Source of the DNA: Candidatus Multivoradales bacterium
GTDB lineage: Bacteria; Acidobacteriota; Thermoanaerobaculia; Multivoradales; JAHEKO01
Reading direction: 5' to 3'
Length of the DNA stretch: 64,000 nt
Assembly (NCBI GenBank): GCA_965223855.1
Contig: CBDCXM010000009.1
Coordinates: 1,376,001 to 1,440,000 of the forward strand
Both the position numbers and the translations under genes were made by a program. Numbering within the stretch: the stretch's first letter is position 1; every line of letters begins with the position of its first letter. The notes beneath the pieces were generated by a model. The model was not told where the DNA came from and did not search any database. It saw only the letters and a program-made list of their open reading frames with translations. Shown piece after piece: positions 19,532 through 29,202 of the stretch.

Positions 19532-21036
19532 TCCGCGCTCGGATCGAGCAGCTCGAGGTCGAAGTCCTGGTCGCCGACCGCGATCAGGTGCTCGGCGGGT
19601 GCGAAGGCGTCGCGCAGCTCGATCGTCTCGCCTTCGTCGTATTGCCAGTCGGTCAGGCCCGCAGCGATGTCGGTCATCGGTACGACGAGGCCCCTCCCGG
19701 AGAAGGTCCCGGCGCGTGCCTCGAGAGCGTCGCGCGAAGGCTGCTCGCGAGCGGTGGCGAGGACCAGCACGTTGCCGGCGCCCCGAACCGCAACGACCAG
19801 AGTCGTTCGGAAGCTGCGTCGCAGCGTGTGAAGGAGCGAGCGCGAGAACGGGTCGTGAAGACCGGCGGCGAGGTTCACGGCGAGAGTGCCTCCCTCGGTG
19901 AGCCGGCGGCTCGCCGAAGCGAAGAACTCCCGGGTCGTCATGTGAAACGGCACCGAGCGGCCGATGTAGGCGTCGACGTAGATCACGTCCCAGCTGCGCT
20001 CACTCTCGTCGACGAACCGCCGCCCGTCGGCGATGTGAACCCGCTGCCTCGGGTCGGGCCGCCAGAAGCCGTAGCGCTCGGCGACCTCGGGCACGGCGGG
20101 ATCGATCTCCACGAAGTCGACCTCGAGAGCCGGGGCGAGCTTGTGCCAGGTCTTCGCCACGAGGCCGCCCCCCATGCCGAGCACGAGGGCGTGATCGGGT
20201 GCCGGCGTGGTCAGGAACACCGCCGCCGCGTAGTGTCCGTAGCGGGAGGCGATCTCGCCGCTGTCGAGCCAGTAGGCCGATTGGGTGACGCTGTCGCTGC
20301 GCATGTAGCGCACGCCTGCCTGGTCGAGGATCTCGATGGTCTGATACGCGGTCCCGCGGACGGCGACGACCTCGTCGGGGCGTCCCGGGTCGGCCTCGGG
20401 GAGGGCGAACGCCGAGAGCCCGATGGTCAGCGCCAGTAGGCTTTCCGCCACGCCGCGCCCGCGCCCGACCAGAGCGAGCGCCGCCGTCGCTCCGGTGCCC
20501 GCGGTCAGCGTCGACAGGATGGCGGGCACGGGAAAGCCGGGGATGGCGACGAAGGTGCACAGCAGCGTGCCGGCCAACGAGCCCGCTGTCGAAGTGGCGT
20601 AGATGCGGCCGCTGATATTTCCGAGGCGTTCGAGGTCGTCGGCCGCTAGGCGGATGACGAACGGGGAGATCATGCCGAACACCAGGCCGGGCACCGTGAA
20701 GAGGACGAGGCACGCCAGGAGGGTGCCGCCAGGGGTCGCGCCCGTAGCCTCGGCCAGCTCGCGGCTGACGCCGGCGCTCCACATCCGCAGCGCGAGCATC
20801 CAGATGGCGGCGAGGAGGATCAGTCCGCCGAGCAGGCGTCGATCGGGGCGACGGTCGGCGAGCCGCCCCCCCCAGAAGTAGCCGATCGACATCGCGGCGA
20901 GGAACACCGAGATGATGGAGCCCCAGACGTAGACGCTGTTGCCGAAGTGCGGCGCCAGGATCCGGCTGGCGAGAATCTCCAGGGCCATCAGAAGCGCCCC
21001 GCACAGGCCGGCGACGACCAGCAGCCGGAGCTTCAT
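19528..21036 (-). CDS. Fused membrane domain / spermidine synthase-like methyltransferase
   Basis: MALEILASRILAPHFGNSVYVW TM block; LVLGMGGG, VEIDP, DGRRF, VDAY, PFHMTTREF. Confidence 0.9.
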   Translation of the reverse strand: MKLRLLVVAGLCGALLMALEILASRILAPHFGNSVYVWGSIISVFLAAMSIGYFWGGRLADRRPDRRLLGGLILLAAIWMLALRMWSAGVSRELAEATGATPGGTLLACLVLFTVPGLVFGMISPFVIRLAADDLERLGNISGRIYATSTAGSLAGTLLCTFVAIPGFPVPAILSTLTAGTGATAALALVGRGRGVAESLLALTIGLSAFALPEADPGRPDEVVAVRGTAYQTIEILDQAGVRYMRSDSVTQSAYWLDSGEIASRYGHYAAAVFLTTPAPDHALVLGMGGGLVAKTWHKLAPALEVDFVEIDPAVPEVAERYGFWRPDPRQRVHIADGRRFVDESERSWDVIYVDAYIGRSVPFHMTTREFFASASRRLTEGGTLAVNLAAGLHDPFSRSLLHTLRRSFRTTLVVAVRGAGNVLVLATAREQPSRDALEARAGTFSGRGLVVPMTDIAAGLTDWQYDEGETIELRDAFAPAEHLIAVGDQDFDLELLDPSAD

Positions 21037-21132
21037 CGTTCCCGCACCCGGGTTCGCTGCGTCACGGACAGCTCACTCTTCACGGACGGCCCTCACGGAC
21101 AGCCCGCACAGACATCCCCGGCAGTTGAGCCC

Positions 21133-22581
21133 TCACAGGTAACCCAGCGCCCGGAGCGTTTCCTCGTCGAGCGGTTCGACGGCGCTGTCGTCGTCCAGAG
21201 CGACGGCGGCGGCATCCGCCCGGGCGACGAAGCGGTCGAGTCGCGCCCTGAGGTCGGCAACGACCTCGGGGAGAGATTCGCTCAGGTCCTCGCGGTCTCC
21301 CGGATCCGCGTCGAGGTCGAAGAGAAAGAGTCTCTCGCCTGTGAGCGTGTAGTCGTCCTCGAGAAGTACGAGCTTGTAGCCGCCATGGACGAGCGCTCGT
21401 CCGACGCATCGGGCTTCGAGATCCGCTTCGACGAGAATCTCGCGCTGGTCGAGCCCGCTCACTTCGTGCTCCGAGCGCAGCAGGCGTGCCAGCGAGATGC
21501 CGTCGAGCTCGCGGGACGGCGGGATGCCCGCCAGATCGAGCAGGGTGGGGGTCAGGTCCACCAGCGAGACCGGCTCCGCGATTGTCCGTCTCGCAGGGGA
21601 GACTTCGCGCGGCAGCTTGACGAGAAGGGGAACGTGGATCGACTCTTCGAAGAGGGTGAAGCCGTGGCGGAAACCGCCGTGCTCGAAGAGCTCCTCGCCG
21701 TGGTCGGAGGTCAGCACGACGATCGAGTCGTCCCATTCGCCGGCCTCGCGCAGCGCCTCGAAGACCGCGGCGAGCTGATCCATCGTGTAGCGCACCGCCA
21801 CCGCGTATTGTTCTCGCAGGCTGGTGATCATCTGAGGCTCCACCTGCCACCGGAACTCGAGCCGGCCCGACATGATGCGGGTCTCGATCGGCGACTGGTA
21901 GCGATACTCCCGGCTGGGCGGGCGGCCGAGGAGGGTCGAGCGGTGTTCCTGCGGGACCCGGTAGGGGCCGTGCGGGTTCATCGGCTGGAGGTAGAGGAAG
22001 AACGGCTCGTCCCTTGGGGCGATCCACTCGATCACGTCGTCGTTCATTTCCGAGATGTCGGGGTACGCCAGTACCCCGCCGTCGTAGGCGTAGAACTCCT
22101 CGAACCCCTGGTCGAAGTTGCGCTTCGGACTGACGTTGATGTTGTGCGAGTGACCGCGGGTCCGGTAGCCGCGCTCTCGTAGTATCTCGGGCAGGGTCGC
22201 GACCGACTCCGGCAGGTACTCCGCCCGTTCGGCGCGCACCTGATGACGTGTCGGTACGAGGCCGCTCAGGATTGAGGCGACGCTCGGGCGGGTCCACGAG
22301 CCTGCGGCGTAGGCCTGCTCGAAGCGCACCGCCTCGCTCATGAAGTCGGCGAGGGCCGGCGTCGTGGGGAGCGAGAACCCGTACTCGCTCAGATGGTCTG
22401 CTCGCAAGGTGTCGACGACGACGAGGACGATGTTGGGCCCGTCGAACGGGACCTCACGGGGAGTGCCCGCCCCGCACCCGGTCAGCAGTGAGGCCGCGAC
22501 GAGCAGGGTCAGGGCGGCCAATTGGCCGCGGCCCGCGGAGTTCGCCCCGCCGGCTCGCAGTCGATGTGTCGTCGGTCCCAT
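21133..22581 (-). CDS. Sulfatase-like hydrolase/transferase, predicted lipoprotein
   Basis: LLTGC lipobox, PNIVLVVVDTLRADHL, SWTRPSVASILSG, PHGPY, SDHGEE, terminal LRALGYL. Confidence 0.85.
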   Translation of the reverse strand: MGPTTHRLRAGGANSAGRGQLAALTLLVAASLLTGCGAGTPREVPFDGPNIVLVVVDTLRADHLSEYGFSLPTTPALADFMSEAVRFEQAYAAGSWTRPSVASILSGLVPTRHQVRAERAEYLPESVATLPEILRERGYRTRGHSHNINVSPKRNFDQGFEEFYAYDGGVLAYPDISEMNDDVIEWIAPRDEPFFLYLQPMNPHGPYRVPQEHRSTLLGRPPSREYRYQSPIETRIMSGRLEFRWQVEPQMITSLREQYAVAVRYTMDQLAAVFEALREAGEWDDSIVVLTSDHGEELFEHGGFRHGFTLFEESIHVPLLVKLPREVSPARRTIAEPVSLVDLTPTLLDLAGIPPSRELDGISLARLLRSEHEVSGLDQREILVEADLEARCVGRALVHGGYKLVLLEDDYTLTGERLFLFDLDADPGDREDLSESLPEVVADLRARLDRFVARADAAAVALDDDSAVEPLDEETLRALGYL

Positions 22582-22656
22582 CGGGCGCCAAGACTAGCCT
22601 GCTTTTTCTCACCCCCTCCCGATGCTTAGCCCGAGACCCGGCGGTAAGATCCTCGA

Positions 22657-24561
22657 ATGTCGAATGGCCCTGCGCCCGAGCCGGTCCGTGGGCCGTTCCC
22701 GATCGTCGCCGCCCACGGTGCCCTGCTGCTGGCGTTGATGACGTGGTTGCGGCTCTCCAAGGCGCGTTTCGCCGGTCTCGACCCGTCGCCCCAGGCGTGG
22801 CTGCCGCTGATGGCCGCGGACGTCGGCTTCGTGCTGCTCCTGGAAGGGGTGCTCTGGCTGGCGAGCAACGGACGAGGGTCCAGAGGTTGGTCGGCTGCGG
22901 TTCACCTCGTTCACCTTCCGATCTACCTCTTCCTCGCGATCGCTCACCAGTTCTTCGTCAACACCGGGTATCGGCTGCCGTTCGACGTAGCCGCCTACGC
23001 CGCCGGCCGCCTGGGGATGCTGCGCGACCTGCTCACGGTCACCGGAGGCGTCGGAGCGTTGCGCGATGTCGCGATCGCCGGTGGTGCGTTCCTGCTGGCC
23101 GTCGTCGCCGGGCGGGTTTGGAAGCCGCGGCCGTGGGCGGTGTCGCGGCGGCTCGTCATCGGCGCCGCGCTGGCGCTCGGTGTGGCCCTTCTGCTCTGGG
23201 CTCCGTTCCGGGATCCGGCGGTCCGGGATCTCGCCCGCAACGACGTCGTCGCGTTCGCCGGGAGCGCGCTCCATGCGGCCGAGTCCGATGTCGACCTCAG
23301 CGGCTTCATGATCGAGCCGGAAGACTTCTACAGGCGGCCGGAGGTCGGCGCAGGGCCGGCCTCTCGGCCCAACATCATCCTGCTCGTTCTCGAGTCGACC
23401 GGGGCTCAGGCTGTGGGAGCCGACTTCACAAGTGGGCCGGAGACACCTGAGCTGGCGGCCCTTGCCCTGGACTCCGTGGTCGTCGAGCAGGCGTACGGCA
23501 CGGTGTCGCACACCTCCAAGGCGCTGGTCGGCCTTCTGTGCGGGATGCTGCCGCGGCTCGAGCTGGTGATCTCCGAATCGCTCGAAGGCAATCTGCCGCT
23601 GGCCTGCCTGCCCTCGATCCTGCGGGAGAACGGCTACCGGACGGCGTTTCTCCAGACCGCCCTGGGCGAGTTCGAGAATCGCCCGGGCCTCGTGGCCAAC
23701 CTCGGCTTCGAGCACGGCGCCTATCAGGAGACGCTGACGCGCCCTCCGTTCGCCACCACCGGCTACTTCGGGCTCGACGAGTTCGCGATGCTCGAGCCCG
23801 CGGTCAGGCTCGCGACCTCATCCGGGTCGCAGCCCTTCTTTCTGACGCTTCTTACCATCACTCCCCATCACCCTTACGAGACTCCGGGAGTGCCGATGGG
23901 AGACCGCCCAAACGAAGAGCTCTACCGGGAGGCGCTCGCTCATCAGGATCGCTTCGTCGGTGCCCTGAGAGCGTCGCTGGCCGCCGGCGGAGCGCTCGAC
24001 AACACGCTCCTGATCGTCATCGGCGATCACGGCGAAGCCCACGGTGAGCACGGGCTCTACGAGCACGATGTCGTGCCGTACGAGGAGGTGGTGCACACCC
24101 CCTGGCTGCTGCACGGTCCCGAGGCGCTGATCGGCCCGCCCCGAACGCTGGACGGGCTGCGTTCGCACCTCGATCTGATGCCGACGCTGCTCGAACTGCT
24201 CGACCTCGAATGGTCCGGCACGCTTCCGGGGCAAAGCGTGCTGTCGACTCCCGGCCACGAGCGGGTGGTGACGTCGTGCTGGTATCGGAGTCACTGCCTG
24301 GGACTGCGGCGCGACGATCGCAAGGTCGTCTATTCCTTCGGGCGCCGTCCGACCGAGGTCTACGATCTGGGTGTCGATCCTTTCGAGCACACCGATCTGG
24401 CGCCGACGCTGCCGGCCGACGAGGTCGAGACGCTGGAGGCGGAGATGCTCGCCTGGAAGCTCTCGGTGGATGCCTTCTGGGCGGGGCACCCGAAGAACGA
24501 GGGGCCGCTCTACTGGTGGCGGGAGGCGTCCGGCGATTCGTCTTCTGCAGGATCCGACTGA
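22657..24561 (+). CDS. LTA-synthase / sulfatase-like membrane-anchored transferase
   Basis: About five TM helices, then PNIILLVLES, SHTSKAL, PHHPY, GDHGE. Confidence 0.8.
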   Translation: MSNGPAPEPVRGPFPIVAAHGALLLALMTWLRLSKARFAGLDPSPQAWLPLMAADVGFVLLLEGVLWLASNGRGSRGWSAAVHLVHLPIYLFLAIAHQFFVNTGYRLPFDVAAYAAGRLGMLRDLLTVTGGVGALRDVAIAGGAFLLAVVAGRVWKPRPWAVSRRLVIGAALALGVALLLWAPFRDPAVRDLARNDVVAFAGSALHAAESDVDLSGFMIEPEDFYRRPEVGAGPASRPNIILLVLESTGAQAVGADFTSGPETPELAALALDSVVVEQAYGTVSHTSKALVGLLCGMLPRLELVISESLEGNLPLACLPSILRENGYRTAFLQTALGEFENRPGLVANLGFEHGAYQETLTRPPFATTGYFGLDEFAMLEPAVRLATSSGSQPFFLTLLTITPHHPYETPGVPMGDRPNEELYREALAHQDRFVGALRASLAAGGALDNTLLIVIGDHGEAHGEHGLYEHDVVPYEEVVHTPWLLHGPEALIGPPRTLDGLRSHLDLMPTLLELLDLEWSGTLPGQSVLSTPGHERVVTSCWYRSHCLGLRRDDRKVVYSFGRRPTEVYDLGVDPFEHTDLAPTLPADEVETLEAEMLAWKLSVDAFWAGHPKNEGPLYWWREASGDSSSAGSD

Positions 24562-25931
24562 GTTCCGACCCAGCCGGCGACGATCTTCGTCATCCGCTCG
24601 ACCCCCTCGTCGAAGGCGGCGACCGCGATCCTCTCGTTGGCGGCGTGGACGGTCGTCGTGTAGCGCCCGCTCAGTCGGAAGGGTGAGAAGCCGTAGGCGG
24701 GGAACCCTCGCTCCCGGAAGTAGCGGGAGTCGGTGACGCCACCGATCATCTGCTCGACGATCGGCGCTTCGGTGCTCAAGACCTGCTCGAGCAGGGCGAC
24801 GACCTCGTGGTCGAACGGGCTCGCTGCGGCGGGTGGAGCGGCCAGGAGGGTCTCGATCGCTACTTCGGGCCCGAGGGTCTGGGCGATCGCGGTGCGCTTG
24901 GCGTCGGTGTCCGACCCCGGCAACAGACGGGCGTCGATCGACGCCCAGGCGCTGCCGTCCTCTTCCGTCTCGAGTTGATTGACCTGAAGGGAATCGATGA
25001 AGTAGTTCTCCATCCCGGGCATGAGTCGGGTGGTCGGCCCGGTCGGTGCGATGTGGCTATCCAGGTCGAGGAAGACCGAGCGCCGGCCGCGCCGGTAGAA
25101 CGGGGCGAGGCCGGCGAAGACCCGTCTCGCCGGCGCGGTGACCCGCCATTCGATCGGTTCCGCGAGCAGGCGATCGAGTGCGGTGACCAGAGTGCGCGCG
25201 TCAGGAGCCTCGATCCTGAGCCACAGCGGAAGTTTCTGGGCCGTCTCGATGCCCCACCACTGGATGCGCTCCTCCGACACCCGGTTGAACCCCCCCTCGT
25301 TCAGCACCGCTGCCGTGTCGGCGAAGAGCTCGGGTCGCTCCCTCAGCCAGCGGCCGACGCCGATCTCGCCTCCGGTCTCCTCTCCTGCCGCCGCGAACAG
25401 CGCGACCGCGCGGTGTCGTCGTCGGCCCGATCTTTCTACTTCGAGCATCGCGGAGAGCTGTGCGATGCCGAGCCCCTTGGCGTCGATCGCCCCACGCCCC
25501 CACAACTCGCCATCGACGTGGGCGCCCGAGAAGGGCGCCTGCGCCCACCCGTCCCCGGCCGGCGTGACGTCGATGTGGTGAAGCAGCAGCAGAGTCGGGC
25601 CGCTCTCGGCGCCCGCCGAAGCGGGAAGCCTCGCGTACCAGCTCGGCCGACCGTCTCCGGCGTCGAGCCGTGTGGTCTCGATCGCGCTGCCGGCGACGAA
25701 GCTCTCGAGGAGATCGACGGCGGCGCTCTCTCCCCGGACCGCTGCCGTCTCTCCGGTTCGTACGGCCTGACCCTCGTCGCCGTGCCCGTCTGTCGTGTCG
25801 ATCCTGAGATAGCTCTGCAGCCGTTGGGCGGCAGCCGACAGTCCTTCGTCGTCCCCCGAAGGCGGGGTGGTGCAGCCGGCGGTCGCGAACGCCAGGGCGA
25901 CGGCGACGGTCAGCCGAGATAGACGATCCAC
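24510..25931 (-). CDS. M20/M25/M40 family metallo-hydrolase, predicted lipoprotein
   Basis: TAGC lipobox, LHHIDV, WGRGAIDAK, AGEETG, NEGG, TDSRYFR, VHAANERI. Confidence 0.85.
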   Translation of the reverse strand: MDRLSRLTVAVALAFATAGCTTPPSGDDEGLSAAAQRLQSYLRIDTTDGHGDEGQAVRTGETAAVRGESAAVDLLESFVAGSAIETTRLDAGDGRPSWYARLPASAGAESGPTLLLLHHIDVTPAGDGWAQAPFSGAHVDGELWGRGAIDAKGLGIAQLSAMLEVERSGRRRHRAVALFAAAGEETGGEIGVGRWLRERPELFADTAAVLNEGGFNRVSEERIQWWGIETAQKLPLWLRIEAPDARTLVTALDRLLAEPIEWRVTAPARRVFAGLAPFYRRGRRSVFLDLDSHIAPTGPTTRLMPGMENYFIDSLQVNQLETEEDGSAWASIDARLLPGSDTDAKRTAIAQTLGPEVAIETLLAAPPAAASPFDHEVVALLEQVLSTEAPIVEQMIGGVTDSRYFRERGFPAYGFSPFRLSGRYTTTVHAANERIAVAAFDEGVERMTKIVAGWVGTQSDPAEDESPDASRHQ

Positions 25932-26779
25932 AAGACCACTCCTCCCCAGGCGGCGATGTTGAGCAGGAAGGGGAGGTCACGCAGGAGCTGCTCGGTCGGG
26001 TTGCGCTGTGCGGTCTTCTGGTAGATCAGGAAGAGGTAGCGGAAGATCCCGAAGAGCACGAACGGCACCGTGTACACGAGCCGACTGCCGAAGCGGTCGA
26101 CGTTCTCGGGCGCCACGGCGTAGAGCGCGTAGGAGAGCACGCTCGATGCGGTCACCACATTGACCATCTGATCGAGGAACGGAGCGCTGTAGCGCTCGAG
26201 CACGTCACGGGCGTCACCCGCCCGGTCGGACAGCAGCATGATCTCGTGGCGCCTCTTGGAGAGCGCCAGGAGCAGCGAAACGAAGATCGTGCACAGGAGC
26301 AGCCATGCGGAGACCTCGACGCCGGCCGCCGAGCCGCCGCCGAAGACGCGCAGCACGAATCCCAGGCTGATGATGAGGACGTCGAGGATTACGACCCGCT
26401 TGAGGCCGAGCGAGTAGAGGAGATTGAGGGTGAAGTAGAGCGCGACGACGGTGACGACGGTGCCGCCGAGCCAGGCTGCGAGAGTCAGCGCGGCGCCGAC
26501 GAGGACGAGCGCCGCGACCATGCCGACCGCCGGAGATACAATGCCGGAAGCGAACGGCCGATGGCGTTTCAGTGGGTGCCGGCGGTCTTCCTCGCGGTCG
26601 CGGATGTCGTTGAAGAGGTAGACGGCGCTCGACGCGAGGCAGAACGCGACGAAGGCGAGGAGCGTCCTCGCCTGGGCGTCACGGTCGCCGAGCGAGCCGG
26701 CGAAGACGAGTGGCGCCAGCACGAAGACGTTCTTGACCCACTGATGAGGCCGCATGGCGGCCCACAGACCCTTCAGCAT
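25910..26779 (-). CDS. Decaprenyl-phosphate phosphoribosyltransferase (UbiA family, Rv3806c-like)
   Basis: MRPHQWVKN, YLFNDIRDREEDRRHPLKRHRP, GFVLR, SKRRHE, FGIFRY; start set at ATG 26779. Confidence 0.9.
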   Translation of the reverse strand: MLKGLWAAMRPHQWVKNVFVLAPLVFAGSLGDRDAQARTLLAFVAFCLASSAVYLFNDIRDREEDRRHPLKRHRPFASGIVSPAVGMVAALVLVGAALTLAAWLGGTVVTVVALYFTLNLLYSLGLKRVVILDVLIISLGFVLRVFGGGSAAGVEVSAWLLLCTIFVSLLLALSKRRHEIMLLSDRAGDARDVLERYSAPFLDQMVNVVTASSVLSYALYAVAPENVDRFGSRLVYTVPFVLFGIFRYLFLIYQKTAQRNPTEQLLRDLPFLLNIAAWGGVVLWIVYLG

Positions 26780-29162
26780 GAGCGACATTGTACGGAACGA
26801 CGACGCGGGCCGTCTCCGCTTCCTCCTCGCGTGGGTGGCGCCGGTACTCGTGCTGCTCGGCTTCGTGATCGCACCGCTGGCGAGCGGCGAGCGAACCCTC
26901 TTTCAGCGCGACGTGATGAACACCCACTACGGGAAGAAGTTCGCGCAGGCGGAGGCGATGCTCGCGGGCGAGTTGCCGATGGTCGATCTCCAACGCGCGG
27001 GCGGGCAGGTCCACGTGGGCAACCCGAACACGGTACCGCTCTATCCGACCAACCTGCTGCTCTATGTCGCGGAGCCGCTGTGGATGATCAACGCCCACTT
27101 CTGGCTTCATTGGCTGGCGGCGCTCGTCGGCGGGTTCTGGCTCGGGCGGGCTCTCGGCCAGTCCCGCGAAGCCGCGTGGACTCTCGGGGTCGTGTACGCC
27201 CTGAGCGGGTACTTCCTGTCGACGCTCAACCTCTTCAATCTCGTCGCGGCGGCAGCCTTGCTACCTGCACTGTTGGCGGCGGCGGTGGAGATGGAACGGC
27301 GGCACACTCGTCGGAGAGCCTTCGTGGCGCTCGTGGTGCTGTGGGTGCTGATGATCCTGGGCGGCGATCCGGTGACGGCGGCGATCGCCTTCTTCGGCGT
27401 CGTTGCCGTGGTTCTCTACCGTCACCGGCGGCGCTATCCATGGGGCGCCGCCGCTCTCGCGATCGGCCTCGGCACGTTGATCGCGGCGCCGCAGTGGGTC
27501 GAGCTGCTGCGGATCGTCGGCTTCTCGTATCGCGGCTTCTGGGGCTACGGCGACGATCTCGCGACCTTTGGCGGATGGCGGCCCGTCGATGCGCTCGACC
27601 TCTTGATTCCTCTGCCGTTCGGCCCCCCCAACGTCAACTACTGGGGGCACCACTTGCACGTCAACCACGTGCCGCTCTTCCTCACGTACTACCCCGGATT
27701 GCTGGCGATCGCCCTGGCGACGGCGGCGCGCAAGTCGGGCGACCGCTCCTTCGGCTGGGCGTGGTGGCTGGTAGGTGGGGGATTGTTCTTCGCGCTCGGA
27801 GAGACGAACCCGATCGTCGTCGCCGTGTCCAGGCTGCCGGGTGCTTCGCTGCTTCGGATTCCGGCCAAGCTCTGGTGTCTGGTGGCGCTCGGACTGGCGG
27901 TCCTGGCGTCGTTGGCGGCATCGACGCTCTCGGACCCGGTCGGCAGGCGACGCTTCCGGCGCTCGTTGGCGGTGCTGGCGACGCTCGTGGGTGCCGGCTG
28001 GCTCGTGCTGACGGTCCTCCCGTCACTGGCGGAGACGTGGCTCGGCCGGCTGATTCCCGAGGGCGCCGGAGAAGAGTTCGTCGAGCGCGAGCGCCTGCGC
28101 TGGGCCGGCCTGTGCCTCATCAACCTGCTGGCACTCGGGCTCGCCTTCGTCGGCCTCGGAGCGACCCGCCGTCGGCCGGCGCTCTTCGGAGCGCTGTTGC
28201 TCGTCCTCCACACTGCGTCCCAGATCTTCTTCCTCGTGCCGGTCCTCGAGACCGACGAGCGGCGCTTCTACCTCGAGCGCCCGCCTCTGCTGGACGAGAT
28301 TCCTCCCGGTTCTAGAGTGGTGTACGCCGAGGTCTTCAATCTGTTCGGCCCGACGCGCATCGAAGCACGAGAGTTTCCGGGCGGCAGCTTCCTGTGGCGC
28401 CAGCGCGCCCTGTACCAGGATCTCGCACCGTGGTCGGGCGTGAAGGGTGACCTCCACTACGAGTTCGACGTTTCGCCGGAGGGGCTCGACTCCTTCCTCA
28501 CCCGTGCCACTGCGGGCACACTCGTCAATGCCGACTCGGACCTCGACAGGATGCGGATCCTCGAGGCGAGCGGCGTCGAGTTCCTTCTCATCAAGCGACC
28601 TCTGGACGAGCGGGTGCTCGATCGCGTCGAGCTCGTCACGACCCGCCCGACTCCCGGTACCGAGCTCCATGTCTACCGGTTGCTGCGATCGGCCCGGTGG
28701 CTCGAAGTGCCCGGAGCCTCGAACGGTTCCGACAATCTCAGCGACGCGCTGGCTACGATTCTCGACGAGGAGTTCGATCCCTCTCGCCACGTCGTTCTGG
28801 CGGGTGAGCACGAGCTGCGCGTCGGAGCGCCGGGGACGGCTCGCGAGCTGTCGCGTCGGGGGGCGGCGCTCGAGATCGAGGTCGAGGCGCCCGACCCCGC
28901 CGTCCTCGTCGTCCAACGCACGCACCTGCCGATCTACAAGGTGGAGGTCGACGGCGAACCGGCGTCCTTCTTCGCCGCCAACCTCCACCGTCTCGGCATC
29001 AAGGTCCCGGCGGGCCGGCACCGGGTCACCATCGACATCGATCGCAGGCCGTTCCACCTGTCGCTCCTCGCTTCGGCGGTAGGTCTCGTGGCGCTGATTC
29101 TGTTCGTCTGGAAGGGGCCGATGCCGCTCGCGGCGGGTGAGCCTTCCGCGCCGGCCGGCTGA
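26778..29162 (+). CDS. YfhO-family multi-pass membrane protein (putative GT-C glycosyltransferase)
   Basis: FQRDV first loop, PLYP, GGDP, many TM helices, YfhO-like tail (VDGEP...VPAGRHRV plus TM); start uncertain. Confidence 0.75.
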   Translation: MSDIVRNDDAGRLRFLLAWVAPVLVLLGFVIAPLASGERTLFQRDVMNTHYGKKFAQAEAMLAGELPMVDLQRAGGQVHVGNPNTVPLYPTNLLLYVAEPLWMINAHFWLHWLAALVGGFWLGRALGQSREAAWTLGVVYALSGYFLSTLNLFNLVAAAALLPALLAAAVEMERRHTRRRAFVALVVLWVLMILGGDPVTAAIAFFGVVAVVLYRHRRRYPWGAAALAIGLGTLIAAPQWVELLRIVGFSYRGFWGYGDDLATFGGWRPVDALDLLIPLPFGPPNVNYWGHHLHVNHVPLFLTYYPGLLAIALATAARKSGDRSFGWAWWLVGGGLFFALGETNPIVVAVSRLPGASLLRIPAKLWCLVALGLAVLASLAASTLSDPVGRRRFRRSLAVLATLVGAGWLVLTVLPSLAETWLGRLIPEGAGEEFVERERLRWAGLCLINLLALGLAFVGLGATRRRPALFGALLLVLHTASQIFFLVPVLETDERRFYLERPPLLDEIPPGSRVVYAEVFNLFGPTRIEAREFPGGSFLWRQRALYQDLAPWSGVKGDLHYEFDVSPEGLDSFLTRATAGTLVNADSDLDRMRILEASGVEFLLIKRPLDERVLDRVELVTTRPTPGTELHVYRLLRSARWLEVPGASNGSDNLSDALATILDEEFDPSRHVVLAGEHELRVGAPGTARELSRRGAALEIEVEAPDPAVLVVQRTHLPIYKVEVDGEPASFFAANLHRLGIKVPAGRHRVTIDIDRRPFHLSLLASAVGLVALILFVWKGPMPLAAGEPSAPAG

Positions 29163-29202
29163 GCCGTCGCTGCTATCATCGCCAGCCATTCGAGACCATC
29201 AG

